A program made the translations under genes and the position numbers. From positions 62,001 through 101,662 of the forward strand of contig KZ538204.1 in assembly GCA_000934665.2 (NCBI GenBank): a stretch of DNA of 39,662 nucleotides, read 5' to 3'. The notes below the pieces were generated by a model, which did not search any database, had not been told where the DNA came from, and saw nothing but the letters and a program-made list of their open reading frames with translations. The stretch's first letter is position 1; each line of letters starts with the position of its first letter. Shown piece by piece: positions 12,901 through 26,119 of this stretch. The stretch is from Catajapyx aquilonaris. Its lineage: Eukaryota.

Positions 12901-15900
12901 GCTAAAGGGAGTGGAGCCTGCGTGTTCAGCCAAACATTATGGTAATGCTCCTCTGGGATAAGGGTAAGACCAACTGACACCAATTTTATTGTGCATTGCC
13001 GATGAGCTCCCCATCCCTTGCGCTGCACAAACTGAATTGCACCAAAGGGAACGACAACTCTTTCGCCTATCAGCTGATGCGGCCTTCCTGCATTGATATT
13101 TACGGCAGGGTTATGAGTATTATATGGCGCGCTAGTTCACCACAAATTGAACGTTAACGCTGGCTACCAATCCCGCTTGTTCTCACCCCGCTGTGTTCTG
13201 TCTGCAAGTGACTGCCTCTCACAATGTGATGGTAGAGTCATATTGCCAGAGTCCAACGATGATTTTATACCACAACAACTTGCCAAAGCATGCTCAATGC
13301 AGTTACTGCATTTTAGACCCTTTATTAATGCAGTTCATTGTGCATGAGGTGTGCTACACATCTGCACCATAACTTAGCAGTAATGTTAGGATTCATGGAA
13401 ATGTCACTACCGGCATGAGCAAAGGGTAACCAGGAAATTTTCCACAATAGCGTTACAAAATCATCAGACCAAACAGGATGGGGGTAACATATGACAGAGC
13501 ACTCTGTTCAGATAATTTTGTTGTTGTTTATTGCGTTTCATAATAATTGCTCTGAGCATGACGACTATACATGTGCGCTAATTTGATAATAATCAGAATC
13601 ATCTTCGCCACCAAGTCTACACAAAAAGGGCAAAACAACTCAAATTCAAATTGAATGGCCTCCCAAAACATTTTGCACGATATGTTATACATGCTGAATC
13701 CGTTTCTTTAGAAGTCATCTGGATGACCTAAAATGGCCATAAAAGAAGCACCCACTTTTTCAGCTATATTTGATATTTCCGATGTTATCGCATACACATT
13801 CGCAGTTAAATTGCACAATTCCTAGTTCCATATATGGGCGCCATGGTGCCTGCCAGTGAAATGTATAAGACACCGACAGCTGGATGCGGGAAGGCCACAG
13901 ACAGAAAGTGCAGCCGCCATGCACTCTTTTTGTACACCCGGTAAACTGAAACTGCCATACTGTATGGTGCAATTTCCCCCAGACTGTTGTCTTTTTTTGC
14001 GTATATCCAGAAGGCCTGGCCATAACATCCGTCGTTGCTCCTGAAAAGTGCCGAGGTCCCGAAATGAGATGGGCCGGGCCCGAATGCAAATGTCTGCCAC
14101 GATGACCAAGACTCGGCTATAAACAAAACAAAGGCGGGCCATCCCCAGCGACGTCCATCCGCACCGAATGATCCTCGACCGACCATATCTCCCAGGTCCT
14201 GCCGTCCAGACCCCCGCTTGCAACAATCGAATAAGTCAGGATTGCGAAGATTACAATCCAGCCGACTGGCCACTGCCTGACTGACCCCCAGGGCGACCAA
14301 CCAGGTTTCGGAAACGGAGGTTAATGAGATGTGCCACTCAAGATTGGTATCCCAGATTCGCTCATTCGGAACAACTGATACCAAAATTGGCGTGACTGTT
14401 TTCCAAACGATGACGATCCAACCCCCCACACCGGATCGAGTGCAAAAGGGGGCCTTGATCGTAATCGGGTGGTATAAGTTTCTCCCCTCTGACACGGGAA
14501 CACAAGAGAGCGGGACCCGGCGTCTTCCGTAACCGTAACTCTGGACCCACCTAGGAGCAAACCACAAAGAAGGGTATCGATATGCTTATCTGGCGTAGAG
14601 AAGTGGAAAAATGGCCCCATATATTATGGGTGTGTGCGGACGCAACCTCCCATGTAGGGGGTTTGCCGGCAGCTGGGAGAGCAAAAGTTTTTTCCCCCAA
14701 GGGATTCTGGGGGGAGCCATCGGACCATGTCATCGCTAAGGTTTGGTTCAAACGGGCGAGAAGACTGTCAAGCTCCTTGTCCCTTAACGTTTGTTGCCTG
14801 CAATTTATGGTGGTGGAATGTTGGACAGGCACAAAGGCCACCTAGACCAGGGGGTGCTGCAAAACACCCCTCGGTTCAATATGAAATTGCTAGTCCTTGC
14901 CAGTACGTGCCCTCTTTTGATCACTATATCCTCTAGAGAAAGACCCTAATAACGCTGATATACTACATCTATCCATTCGGTGTCATCTCGCGACACGCCC
15001 AATTTATCTCTCTGGAAAATAGCCGCAGAGGGAGTAAAAAGTGAGCTGAAAATAACCATCTCTCCAAGCGCCAAAAGTCAAAGATATCGCCCCGTAATCC
15101 GGGACGTATATTTCATGGCTTGGTTATTCGAGGAATCCCCTCTGAGAAATCAATTTTCAACTCGACTGTCCCCGACATCTTGGGGCTCCGTACCGACCCA
15201 ACAGACAAAAAAATAAAAAGGACAAAAAAAAAAAGATGGAAGTTGTGAGCGTGGCAAGTCAGTCGGCTGAGACAAGTCCGTTAAGGTGCGAAGGCTTTTC
15301 AGATGAACCCCGTAAACCTTAATTTGCATAAACAGGAGAACTCCACCCATTCTGGTCCACTTGAGACTTGGAAAGCACCACCTGCACTGCTCCCCATCTG
15401 GATCTCCCGACAGAACATCACAACTTCTCCACCGGGATCTTCTGGAGCCGCCTTTTGGGGGTTACCCCTACAATCTCCACGGAATATAGCCAGACTATAT
15501 CATACTCCTTGTCAGAAGACTGATTTGTATTCCAGGAAGCTGCGCTACATCCGATTAAACGTGATTATCGTGGAGGACATATCGTGGAAGGCGATGGAGG
15601 GAAACGGTTACCATGACAACTCAGATTCTCGTTTACAGGAGAAACTGGTAATTGTGGGCCTGTGAGCCGTGCAAAAAATAACAACCAACTCTCCAGCCAA
15701 CACTGCATTGTTTTTCTTCCAGGTCTGGAGTGGGTCGTCAAAATGGCAGCCACGCTCTCCTATAGCCCAGAATCAGGCCATTTCGATTCCTAACCTAGCT
15801 CTCTTACCTTGCGGGCCCAAGGGAGGTACTTTTATGCCAACAAATCCGAACCAGCGTATATACGGATATGGGGCCTTGACCCTAAGCTTGAAATCTTCTT

Positions 15901-17064
15901 CCCCAAACAATGGAACAAGGCTGTTGAGAGGAAAAAATCCCACTCCCAACATCCCCCCCCCCCCAACCATTATGCGTATGACAACAGATTGCCAGCATCC
16001 TCTGCGACTGGCACCCCCATTTTTATATCATATACATAACGTCAGACCAGCAGATATTCATAAGTCAGCACCTACTTGGGAGGAAAATTTGGGCAGAAAT
16101 CTGTCTGGAAGGGCTTGAAGGTGGTGGAGTCCATTTTGTCACGATCCTCCTTATCTGTTAGGCCATCAATATCTGTTGTGAAGAGCCGGAAAGAGAGGCT
16201 TAACACTTTCCATTTCTGGTCCCGGGCGTCAACCCCTCGTTTTGGAATTATTTTATGAGGCTGACACGAGGTGAGAGGGCAGAACTCACGCAGCTGTTGG
16301 GCGTCTGCACCGTTTTTGTTTATTATTTATGCGCCCCGAGCAGCACTCTCGAGCAGTTTGCCTGTCATCGACTGCATGATAATAGTTACCAGGCAATTAT
16401 GGCTTGCGGTGCAAGTAAACAAAATCGGAGGGGGAGCACATAACTATCGTGTTTGGACCAGGATATTGTCAGGGCGTTGGCTTTCTGCTGCCTCCGACTA
16501 CATCATTATCATTTTTTTCTTCATATGAACATCGCGTCTCAATCTCGATATTGAATTAATGTGCTTATGGAACAGATTTAAGTGGTGTCCGCATATGGTT
16601 CATGATGTTCAGTATTTATAACTGTGTATGCTAATATTGTATATATCACCCATGGGGCATAGTGCGATCACATCAGAAACAGTGGAGTAATGACTACTGT
16701 TGATGCTATTCTAGTCAGACACAAGCATTATCTCTAGGTGAAGTATTACGTAGGTGTATCAACACTCAATTAGTTTTAAAACCATTTAGTTACTAGACTC
16801 ATTGCATGTTGTGTGGTCGTAATGATAACGTAATTATTGCAGTTAGGTGCGGGCTAAAAAAGGAAATGATCGATAAATGTCGTGACCTGCCTAAAATGCG
16901 GTGTTGTGGAAGTAGCCATGTAGTTTGTAGTGGTAGTCATAAAGGCGTAATGCACAAATTGCGTCTGCATATAACGCCCTTTTTGTCTCCGGGCGAGTTA
17001 CAGCAGGTGGGCGTCAGTATTAGGCGTGAGATGATTTCATAGTCTGAACCCTGACACCTCGAAC

Positions 17065-17277
17065 CACGGTCTAAGAATAGTAAGGTCTGGTCACTCCCCT
17101 CTTATCGCCTTAGGGGGCTGACGGGGTGGTTTGCGGCAAGTGGCCGTGTGATAGCACTTTTCAGGCTCGAATAGACATGTGGCGACCCTACCGGACTGCT
17201 CTGAACTTACATAGAAGCACTTATACCAAGTTCAGAGCAGTCCGGTAGGGTCGCCATATGTCTATTCTTAGACCGTG
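17065..17277. mobile_element. MITE with terminal inverted repeats and 8-bp TSD (hAT- or P-superfamily type)
   Basis: Perfect 16-bp TIR CACGGTCTAAGAATAG (17065-17080) / CTATTCTTAGACCGTG (17262-17277). Flanks CCTCGAAC (17057-17064) and CCTCGACC (17278-17285) match at 7 of 8. An inner 40-bp inverted repeat lies at 17169-17208 / 17228-17267 with one mismatch. Confidence 0.88.
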
Positions 17278-18086
17278 CCTCGACCTCTATCTATGCTATT
17301 GTGCTCGAATTGCAAATTGTACTCGGTGCTATCAGTCACCTTTGAACACAGAGGAGTGGGTTGCAAGGAAGTGAATCACCCCTATAATGGCTGTGTAATA
17401 AATATTTCACCTAAGTAGTTAATCACAAGCACTATTTGGAAAACGTCTTTGTTGAGTTCCTAGGGTGTTAAACACACATGTGGTAATAAATTATTGTCCA
17501 AAATTGACCTGTCGTCATCACTGATGTATACAGACGTCATGTGGAGCAGTCGTTTATGTCACGAGGAAACACGTCGAGAAACATACGATGGTATAGGTCT
17601 ATGTACACATCAGGGTGAAGCACTAATGATCAGGTAACCCAGTTCAGGAGAAGCTTACGTACTGGTAATGTGAATGACAATTTTTATTTATACGCATAGT
17701 TTTCTCGAATTTTACACAGTCTAGGATAGTGATGACTGTAATATAGCCGAACACACATCTTTTTTTCTTCCAGTAAAGATACGGTTATAGCACCCAGCTA
17801 CTGCCCAGCGTGCCTGGGATGCACGGATGCGCACGACTGGCAACGCCCAAAAAACAATGTGAATGCAGGCATATACAATGGTGCAGAGCCTGTACAGGGT
17901 TAAGCAACGCTCCAAAGTCGTTCAAGCCAGTACAGAAGCCAGGAGACAAATTGTTCCGACTGGTCTTTCCACATCTCCGCTCTAATTTGTCCCATTTTAA
18001 ATGTGGTGCTTTACTTTCCGGACTAGCAATTGAGTTGGTCGAGTCCCATTGGGGGCTAATCCGCTAATAAAGGCAATGCTGCAAAT

Positions 18087-19182
18087 TGTCGCCTGAGTAT
18101 TATTTTGTCGTAAGTGCATGAAAGTCAATTTTACAGGAGAGCAATTTGAAAGTTTGACACCTTAAATCTCAGCTGTAGCAAAGCAAAGAGGGACGAGTGC
18201 ATAAAAGTAACAAACTGCAATAATTTCATAATGGCTTTATAAATGCATTTAATATTAATAAATTTCGGCTGTCATCGAGTTTCAAATGCTTCACTTTGGC
18301 AAATGGAATAGCATTAAACTTGAATAATAATTGTTTTGGTTTTAGAGGCTGTTTGAAAAAAATTTAAAATCGCGTTGGTGCAGCTGAATCAAGTGCAATT
18401 TCTTCTGCTTCAAGCGTGCTGCGAAAATTATGGCCAAAGTAACAGGGTTGAATATCTCTGAATGGCTCAACAGTGTTCCTATTTGGCTATGAATGTTGTC
18501 TATTTCCTGTACGAAACTGTGGTCCGGTTCAGAGTACTTCTGCTCAATCCAGTGGAGATGCTTATGAGTATACAAAGAAAGTGTTTGAAGGCCATCGTCA
18601 TGGATCGCCTATATCACTATAAAATACAGCTTCCTCAGACCCTTGCAAAATGGATCCATTTTTGACCTTTGGACCACCTTTTGACCACGGTATCTTATGA
18701 ATTCATGAGATCCAGGGTTTTTATGGAAAGATTCTGACTTTATTCTAACAGATAAAGAACCACAAAGACACATTTTGAACCTGAACTTCACATAGAAATT
18801 CGCGATGTTCCCCTGTATGTCGTATATACATGGCCATATATGACCATCTCTGTATCTCATAAACTAGAGCCAATTGACAAATTTTATTGTCATTTTCGTA
18901 TTCAGCACCTAGAAATTAGTCAAGATTTGCTATTTTCATTTCAGAAGTGTTTTGGTGTTGCCCAGTGTAATGGGCGGGAGCAGTTACGACAAAATAATAC
19001 TCACTCGATCACTGATTTTTGCACATACGACAGTAATTTTCCCTCTAATAATTGTTGTAACTCGAAATCGTCAAATTTGAATATATACGGCGAGGTACAT
19101 AACCTCCTTCCTGATATGATGGTGCACTTAACTCATTTTCGCCAGATAAAGTCAGATACGACAAAATAATACTCAGGCGACG
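18087..19182. mobile_element. Non-autonomous DNA transposon, Sola1-like, about 1.1 kb
   Basis: Perfect 25-bp inverted repeat GTCGCCTGAGTATTATTTTGTCGTA (18088-18112) / TACGACAAAATAATACTCAGGCGAC (19157-19181). The terminal base differs by a C-to-T change at a CpG. AAAT is present on both flanks (18083-18086, 19183-19186), fitting the AWWT 4-bp TSD described for Sola1. An extra internal copy of the TIR core lies at 18984-19003. No transposase ORF. Confidence 0.85.
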
Positions 19183-20673
19183 AAATGAAAGGGCCCTCTT
19201 GAAAAGTGCAGGCGTAACAAAAGGGGGAGGCTGGATGCGTCGTGATTAACTTGCTGGCAAATTTTACACGTTGGCTTCAGGGGAAAATTTTCATGGTTGA
19301 AAAAAAAGCCCTTTTTCTCAGCAGTTCCGGCCATTCTCCTGGAGATGGTCAGCTTAACTCTTTCAGCCCCCGTGGGGATGAGGAGCCGCATCAGAATGGA
19401 TTCCGCGCCGGAGTTTTTCTGATTGGAGGATTTTTTTTTGCCGTCATCAAAAATGGTTTCGGCGCTGCCAATTTCGGCGGAACGTTGGGTCGCGATTTAA
19501 CGATCGCTTCCGAAGGCGGAAACTCCTCAAGATTGCGACTCTAGTCGCATCTTGGCACTCTTGAGGAAAACGGCATACGTGCCAATTCAATAGGGTTATG
19601 CTAATTGTTATGTGCACTAGTTTTCGCAGGGTTGGCCATTCGGAGGCCCTCACTTTGGGCTTAGTTTAGGCATTTGGCCCACACCAAAAAGCTAATTTAC
19701 TTCCGACCAATACCGGGCTAAAACCCAGGATCATTTAATTGGCTATTAATTCCCTCCCTGGGGTCACTGCCTGCGCCAGTTCAGGAACAGGTCACCTCCT
19801 ACACCCTGACATTTGTGGTGCATTCGCATCGCGGGGGAAAACCGCCAAGTCATTGAGCGCATCTGTTCCCGATATGAAATTATCTGGAAAGAGCTAAAAA
19901 TGCTATCGTTGGGGCGGACGGGAATACGACCATAATAATTGCTGGGCCATTGGGAGTGCTTGTGGTGTGTGATAATTGTGGAACTGGGAAAGAGGGATTC
20001 AAAAGCGCTTTCCGACCCCTCCTCTCATTTCCCAGCATGCCATCCTACTATCCTGGGCTCAGGCTGGAAAAAGTGCCCAGGAATTTGTTAATAACTATAC
20101 CACGTCAAGCAAGAAGCGCTATTGTGCTGGTATTTGTGCACCATTTCCTCCCCAAGATGGTATCTATCCGGTTGAACTAATCTCGGGGATAAATGAGTGG
20201 CCTCCGGTAACCTGTACATAATTTTTCCTTCCTCAAGATAGCATCGTAAATAATCCTACTCTTGACGTCCTATAACTCTTCATTTCTGTCTTGATCAGAT
20301 TGGGAGAGGAGCAAAAGCGTACGTGTGCACTAAGAGGAAAATATCTTCTTCCTACCCCCGCAGCCCCGAGAATGGATCAAATAAAGTACAACTGCTGCTC
20401 TGCTTCATTTGCAAACCGCAGTTTCCAACGCCCGCATAGGTATTTTCACCGCATCATTAGCTTAATTGGAGAAAGAATGAGGCTTACTCTCCGAATATTC
20501 CTCCGCTCCTGATAAGAACTAGTAATTAAGTTTGCTATGCAAGAATTTTCCACCCGAGAGAAAGTCAGATCTGCTAATAGACTGGGTTCTAATGCAGCAA
20601 GTTTAGCAGACATGGACTGTTGCTATACTCCAATCACTCTAGCTTGGAATATTTGTAAGTAGCTACTGATGTA

Positions 20674-21068
20674 CAGCCAGTCCTCTACTTACGTAAATAT
20701 TTCTGATATAAGTAGATTCAGGCTCACATTACGTAAAAACATTCCGACATGCGTATATAAAATCTACGAAACAAACTGGTAACGTAAACAGTCAGAACTT
20801 GCGAGAAAACTAGTTTTTCGGCTCTTGGAACTCGAACCTGTCCGCCGAGACTCATTCCCTCACTCAGTTTGCCCGTGATAGACATTTGCGACACGTTTCT
20901 GCGCCTCGCGAAAATCGTTTCTTACTCGCAAGGGTTTCAACTGAATACGACAGTGACTCCTGTTTTGATGTGTATAAGGTCCAGTACAGTATACTACTGT
21001 ATATAGAATGTTCCGAGTTACGTATAACGTTGCGGAACGATCAACGTACGTAAGTTGGGAACCAGCTG
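20674..21068. mobile_element. Degenerate pogo/Tigger-like MITE, about 395 bp
   Basis: Left end TA|CAGCCAGTCCTCTACTTACGTA; the right end read as reverse complement is CAGCTGGTTCCCAACTTACGTA (17 of 22 identical). Internal TTCCGA-n-TRCGTA motifs (about 20743 and 21011) are typical of Tigger-type subterminal repeats. The right flank reads AA rather than TA. Confidence 0.6.
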
Positions 21069-24000
21069 AATCCACCCACGCATTTGGGCGAAAATCGTAA
21101 AATATTTCCAACATAAAGGGCATTCCCAGTCCATTTTAGTGCAGCCAATGTTCGAATAGAGAGTGATGGGAAATACATAGGTGAGTATACACAGATGAAT
21201 CGGTTTACACATTGGTAAGCATCAAAATCTGCTTATACTCTTTGAACAACAATGGGCAATGAGCATATGGCCTCCTGTCAGATGTTCTCCCCTCTAAACT
21301 GAGAAAGACAGACTGACCCTCCCCAGCATTTCCAAATCGGAAGGATTTGCTTCCACAGACATAAGCTGCCAGTTCGCAAAGCCTGTGGACGCGCCTGCTT
21401 ATATTCCCTGCACCCAACCCTCCCTTAACCCTCTCCCCGCTCTCCAGAGGCCCTGCTAACTCTTTATAGTGCAATCACGTAGCCCCATGAATTGGAAATG
21501 GGTTGGAATTGCTATTGTGCTCCTTTGGTCCGGGAGACAATTCTCCCCAACGCCAAAAGCCCGCGACCATTTGGACCACCTCTCTACTTTTCCACCCCGG
21601 AATCCCTTTCAATTATTCACCCCGCTATCCTCATCTCCAAGACAACGCTCTTCTCTGCCCAACTCTCTTTTGCTCTCCAGCCCTTCCCCCTCATGCCATT
21701 TGTACTGGACTTTGGTCAAGGTGGTCTTTTTGAAGACAGAGCCTGCGAAACCAACCACTGCTTGTCCATTCTGCTGGCAAGTTGGCGGAAATAATTGGAA
21801 AACTAAAACTGGAACTAATTTGATTAATTAAGGGCAGGAGATAAGCGGCAGATACCATAGCACGGGGCCATGAATGTTTTAATCACGGGTGGAACTTTGC
21901 CCCATGTTCACTAAATTTTAAAACCGACTGGGAATTTAGACCGGACAGTGGCGGGCTGTAAAAACTTAATTTCCCTATTATCAGGCCGCCTCCTGTTGTG
22001 CAAATTAGATGGGAATCCATGTCAAATGACATGTCGCACCTGATGATGTGAGATTCTGCAGAACCCCCTGAATGTGTGGTCTGGTTGCAGGGGCGGTCCT
22101 TGTTGTACATATACTGCTGACATCTTACAATCCTTGTATGTGAGCGAATTGACACAAAATGGACAAAAGACAGACTGAAGGGTTCCCAAAAGCGGTTGCA
22201 AATCGATTGGATTCGAACATATGGCGAGTCCCCCCATGGAATGAACTCCCTCCCCATGCACTCTTTTCATTAACTCCGGGCTTGGGAGAGTTTCCGATGG
22301 ACCGGATCATTGTCCAGATGTACCTTAATTGAGTGTGACGCCATTGTGGGCCACGGTTTGAGGACAGTTGACCACTTTCGGCCCCTTCCCACCGTCAAAA
22401 GGTTTGGGGGAACATGCACAAGAGGTCCACCCCCACACAACAGCAGATGCGAAGGACACCCATCCAGGTGGTCCTGGAACGTGCCGTAAAGCCTATCGAA
22501 ACTGTCAATCTGATCGGATGTTGGGTCATGTTGAAATTGATATGATGTGATATAATCCCGGATTATTTGTGAAACGGATGTCATCAACGTTTTGGATACA
22601 CCATCACCCAGCTTATTCGGAATAAATTATAGCTAAATTATTGGAAACTAGTTTCTGCATGAGATGCACCGGAAATCTTCTTTTTTTTGTTTATTATTAT
22701 CCCGGACTAAAACATGTTTGTTTCCTCGCCTTGGGTCGTAGCTTTGGCATCGGTTTTCCTACCATCGTGACAAGCATGATTTCCTCCAGATAAAAATCCC
22801 AAGGCGTAGTTAATCTCCTGACAGGCGTGAGGTCAAAAAACCTCAGTAGATCGTGCTTTTGGTAATTGTTATCCTAAAAGCGACTGCTCTGGATGGCAAG
22901 ATTGTGCAGCCCTGTAGAGAGTGAGAAGAAGAAGGAAGATGAAAAAAATCCCCAAATTTTCCCATGGGTTCCCTTTTTCTTGCTTTCTTTACTTCCTCGC
23001 CGCCATCAGTTAACCGCAAAAAGAGCACAAAGGATGCGTCAGATCTCTTGACGCCCAATCTCCACCCAGATCCCAGTGGGACTCTGGAAGGTGTTTCTCT
23101 TTCCCCCCACTGAATTTAAACTCATCCGTGCTTTCAATCAGTCTTGACACTCATCCCCCTACCAAAACCATGGGTCCAAAATGGTCAGGGTTCAGATTTT
23201 AGGGGGTACCATCCACAGCTGGCGTGCGACCCTTCGATTTATTTACATAACATACACTGAAAGAATATGTGGAGAGTGGATATTATACATACGGTACCTC
23301 CCATCTCTCCCACACAAAAAAATTAAAAAATGAGAAAGGCGTGGATGAATAATCTCTTCGTTAGGGCCGTCATTTGGGCAGGGCTTGGAGCCATTAGCCG
23401 TGTCAAAATTCCCTGAATCTGCAAACCTCCCGCAGTCATGACAGCTTTCGAATTTACACCTACGGCAAACATTATGGAATAGAAATTAGACTTGACAGCC
23501 TACAGCGTCAGAGCTGGACGGAAATTATTTCTTGACACACGTCCGACTTTTCGGAATTTTGAAGCAGTGTCACACAACTCTGATAGCTTTTTGTGCTCCG
23601 TCATTTACTGCACCGGTACGATCCCCAAGTGTCAAAGCCAGGACTATAACCTGCCTCGTGTTAATTTCCTGGCATCATTTCCCCCAGAACAGCGTTCATC
23701 CAAAAAAAAAAATAGAAAAAGAACCGGCCGCGGCCCGAATAAATTCTCTAGGCAGGCATAAAAAACCCTAGACGAGGTCTCCCCAGTTAATCCACGGGCC
23801 TGATTCGCCCATTCGTATTCGGCTGTGTAATTCTCTCATTAATGGCGTGCTAAAGGTCAGTTCTGGGACCCTCACCGTATAATTTCTAGCCGCTGAGATG
23901 CATTCAGGGGCCTAGAAAAGGGGAGAAAAATATTCTCTAAGTTTGCTACGCATCATGTCTGATAGGTGGCGCGAAGAGGGATCAAAATGTGTGAAGTAAT

Positions 24001-26119
24001 TTGAAAAAACCCGCCAACCCCGTTGAGTTCGATTAACTTTTCATGTAAAGTCAGCATGACTCGAAGATTTCATGGAAATGGTCCAGAGATGGCAGCAGGG
24101 TGGTGTTTTAAATATGTAAACTGATTAATGCAAAGTGGTCGATGGTTGCCCCAATTAGCATTCAAAGTCGATCGATTAGGACTCTTCTTCTTAGGGTGTC
24201 ATTAATCAACACGACATTTGATCTCATCAGTCTTGAGGATTTTTTCCGGTAATCGTAGGGAGTTGGCAAGTTGAGACCTGGTAAACCTAATCGGTGGCTC
24301 TCATTTACATGTTAACGAGAAGAAGCTTTTCCTAATGATCATCGATGCACTCAGCCCTCGACCTCTTTTTTTTCTGGTTTAAAGTCCACTCTTTATCATT
24401 TATTTCGATAAGCCCCGGGTTTTACTACTTGGAATTTCCGCTCTAAAACTGGGAAAATTTGTATTGATCAAGCTTACGGTGGAAAGCTTCTAGATATATA
24501 TTTTTTAAAATCCATAGACCGCAGAACAAGCAAGTTAGGCGCACGAAACTCATCTTGCTAACCGCACAGGGCCCGCTGCCGTTTTTCACATTTATTGCCG
24601 ACAACACTCGAACCATAACTACATCTCATTTTGCTACAGTGGTCATCAAGATGAACGAGCCGTCGTTTTTGCTTACACTTGCCCAGATATATGGAGGCTC
24701 AGCTTGGGGCTGGGCATAGTGTCAGGAGAGAAAAGTCAGACAAGCTCGAAATGGGCTATTTTTTCACCCTAGTCCGCTTTCATAGAAAGAGAGTAACTAG
24801 TTTTGTGAGTAACTGAGCATCACTGAATTTATGGGACGTTTACAGTCATCATTGGTTGTCGATGTTACGGGACAAGCGGAGTGACTTATAGGGTAGACTG
24901 GAGGTGCGAAGAGGGCCGTAACTTACACATTATACACAGTATAACAAGTAGCATGCTTGAGGGGCCTAACCTGAAACAGGATAAGAACACTTTAAGTGAC
25001 AGTTAGTGAAACAATTTTTCTCCAGCCGGATATGTGGATGATTCGTTTCTTACATGTTGCCGACCCATAAGCTGAGCTATAACAATGCTCTTTTACATAA
25101 ATTGAAATTTATTGACAATCATTATTTTGGCATCCTCCACAATAGTCCCTGATAATGGTTTTAATGCGATTGCCTCGATTTGACACATGAAAGCTCGATT
25201 TTATCACATCATAGCCCCCCTTCGAAGTCGATTACCTCCACAGAAAAGCTGAGCAGCTGGCCCACTTCTCCACAGTAATTGCGGACGTCAGGCGAACCTT
25301 TTTTTTTCATTCTCCTATACCTCTTCTACCGGACCGCAAAACGCATTGCAGAATTGCAAATGAATCTCGTTACACCGTCAACCGTAAGACAGACTGACAC
25401 TAATAAGGCATTTCCCCTGCAAATACTTGAAGGAATAATGATAGCATCGATCCAGGTGGTGGCCTATACTGACACTGGCCCTGGCGTCTCCAGCTGATGG
25501 CCCACCCTGACAAGCTAGGCCTAGGACCATAGCGGTCACACATTTCTTAAGAGCCCACCCCCGCACCTGCACGCCTCTAATTGAGCCTGGTACAAGGCAT
25601 TAAGGCGGCACATTTTCCACCCGTGTACCCGTCGCCGGCCTCCTCATCATTAAGATGTTACCTTTCCAGCCGAGTGGCTTGGCACCTGCCCACCTTCGTC
25701 CTCCACCTCGCGTTCCTCTGGCAGGTCTGCTGGAGGAGGTCAGCACATAGAACACCAGGTTTCGGCAGGTAAATGATTGGCCTTCTGACCTGGGGAGGTG
25801 GATGCTTGAATTATTCTGCGCGTGCTTGATATACTGGTTCAGCTTCTCTTGTGTTACGTGATTTATCCGAAGGGTGTGAAAGTAATGAGACTTTGGGCTG
25901 AGTGGAATCTTGAAGATCGTTTGGTGGAATCTGGAATTTCGTGGCGTTTACGGATGCATGGGAGGAACGAGTTCATCATTGCTCTGTTGACTCGAGTAAT
26001 TATTCGTAATTACAGTCGATGAAGAGGTAACATTCGCACGTAGTTTTTAGTCCACATGTTCACGCAATTTTGAATAATGTTATTCAGATACTGTAGGCCT
26101 ACATGAGAAATAATTATAT

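Noticed and set aside
13806..14567. Longest ORF (253 aa, minus strand)
   Set aside because: No recognisable motif, Trp/Arg/Gly/Cys-rich random-like composition, and many overlapping ORFs as expected in GC-balanced non-coding DNA. BLASTP or RNA-seq would be decisive.
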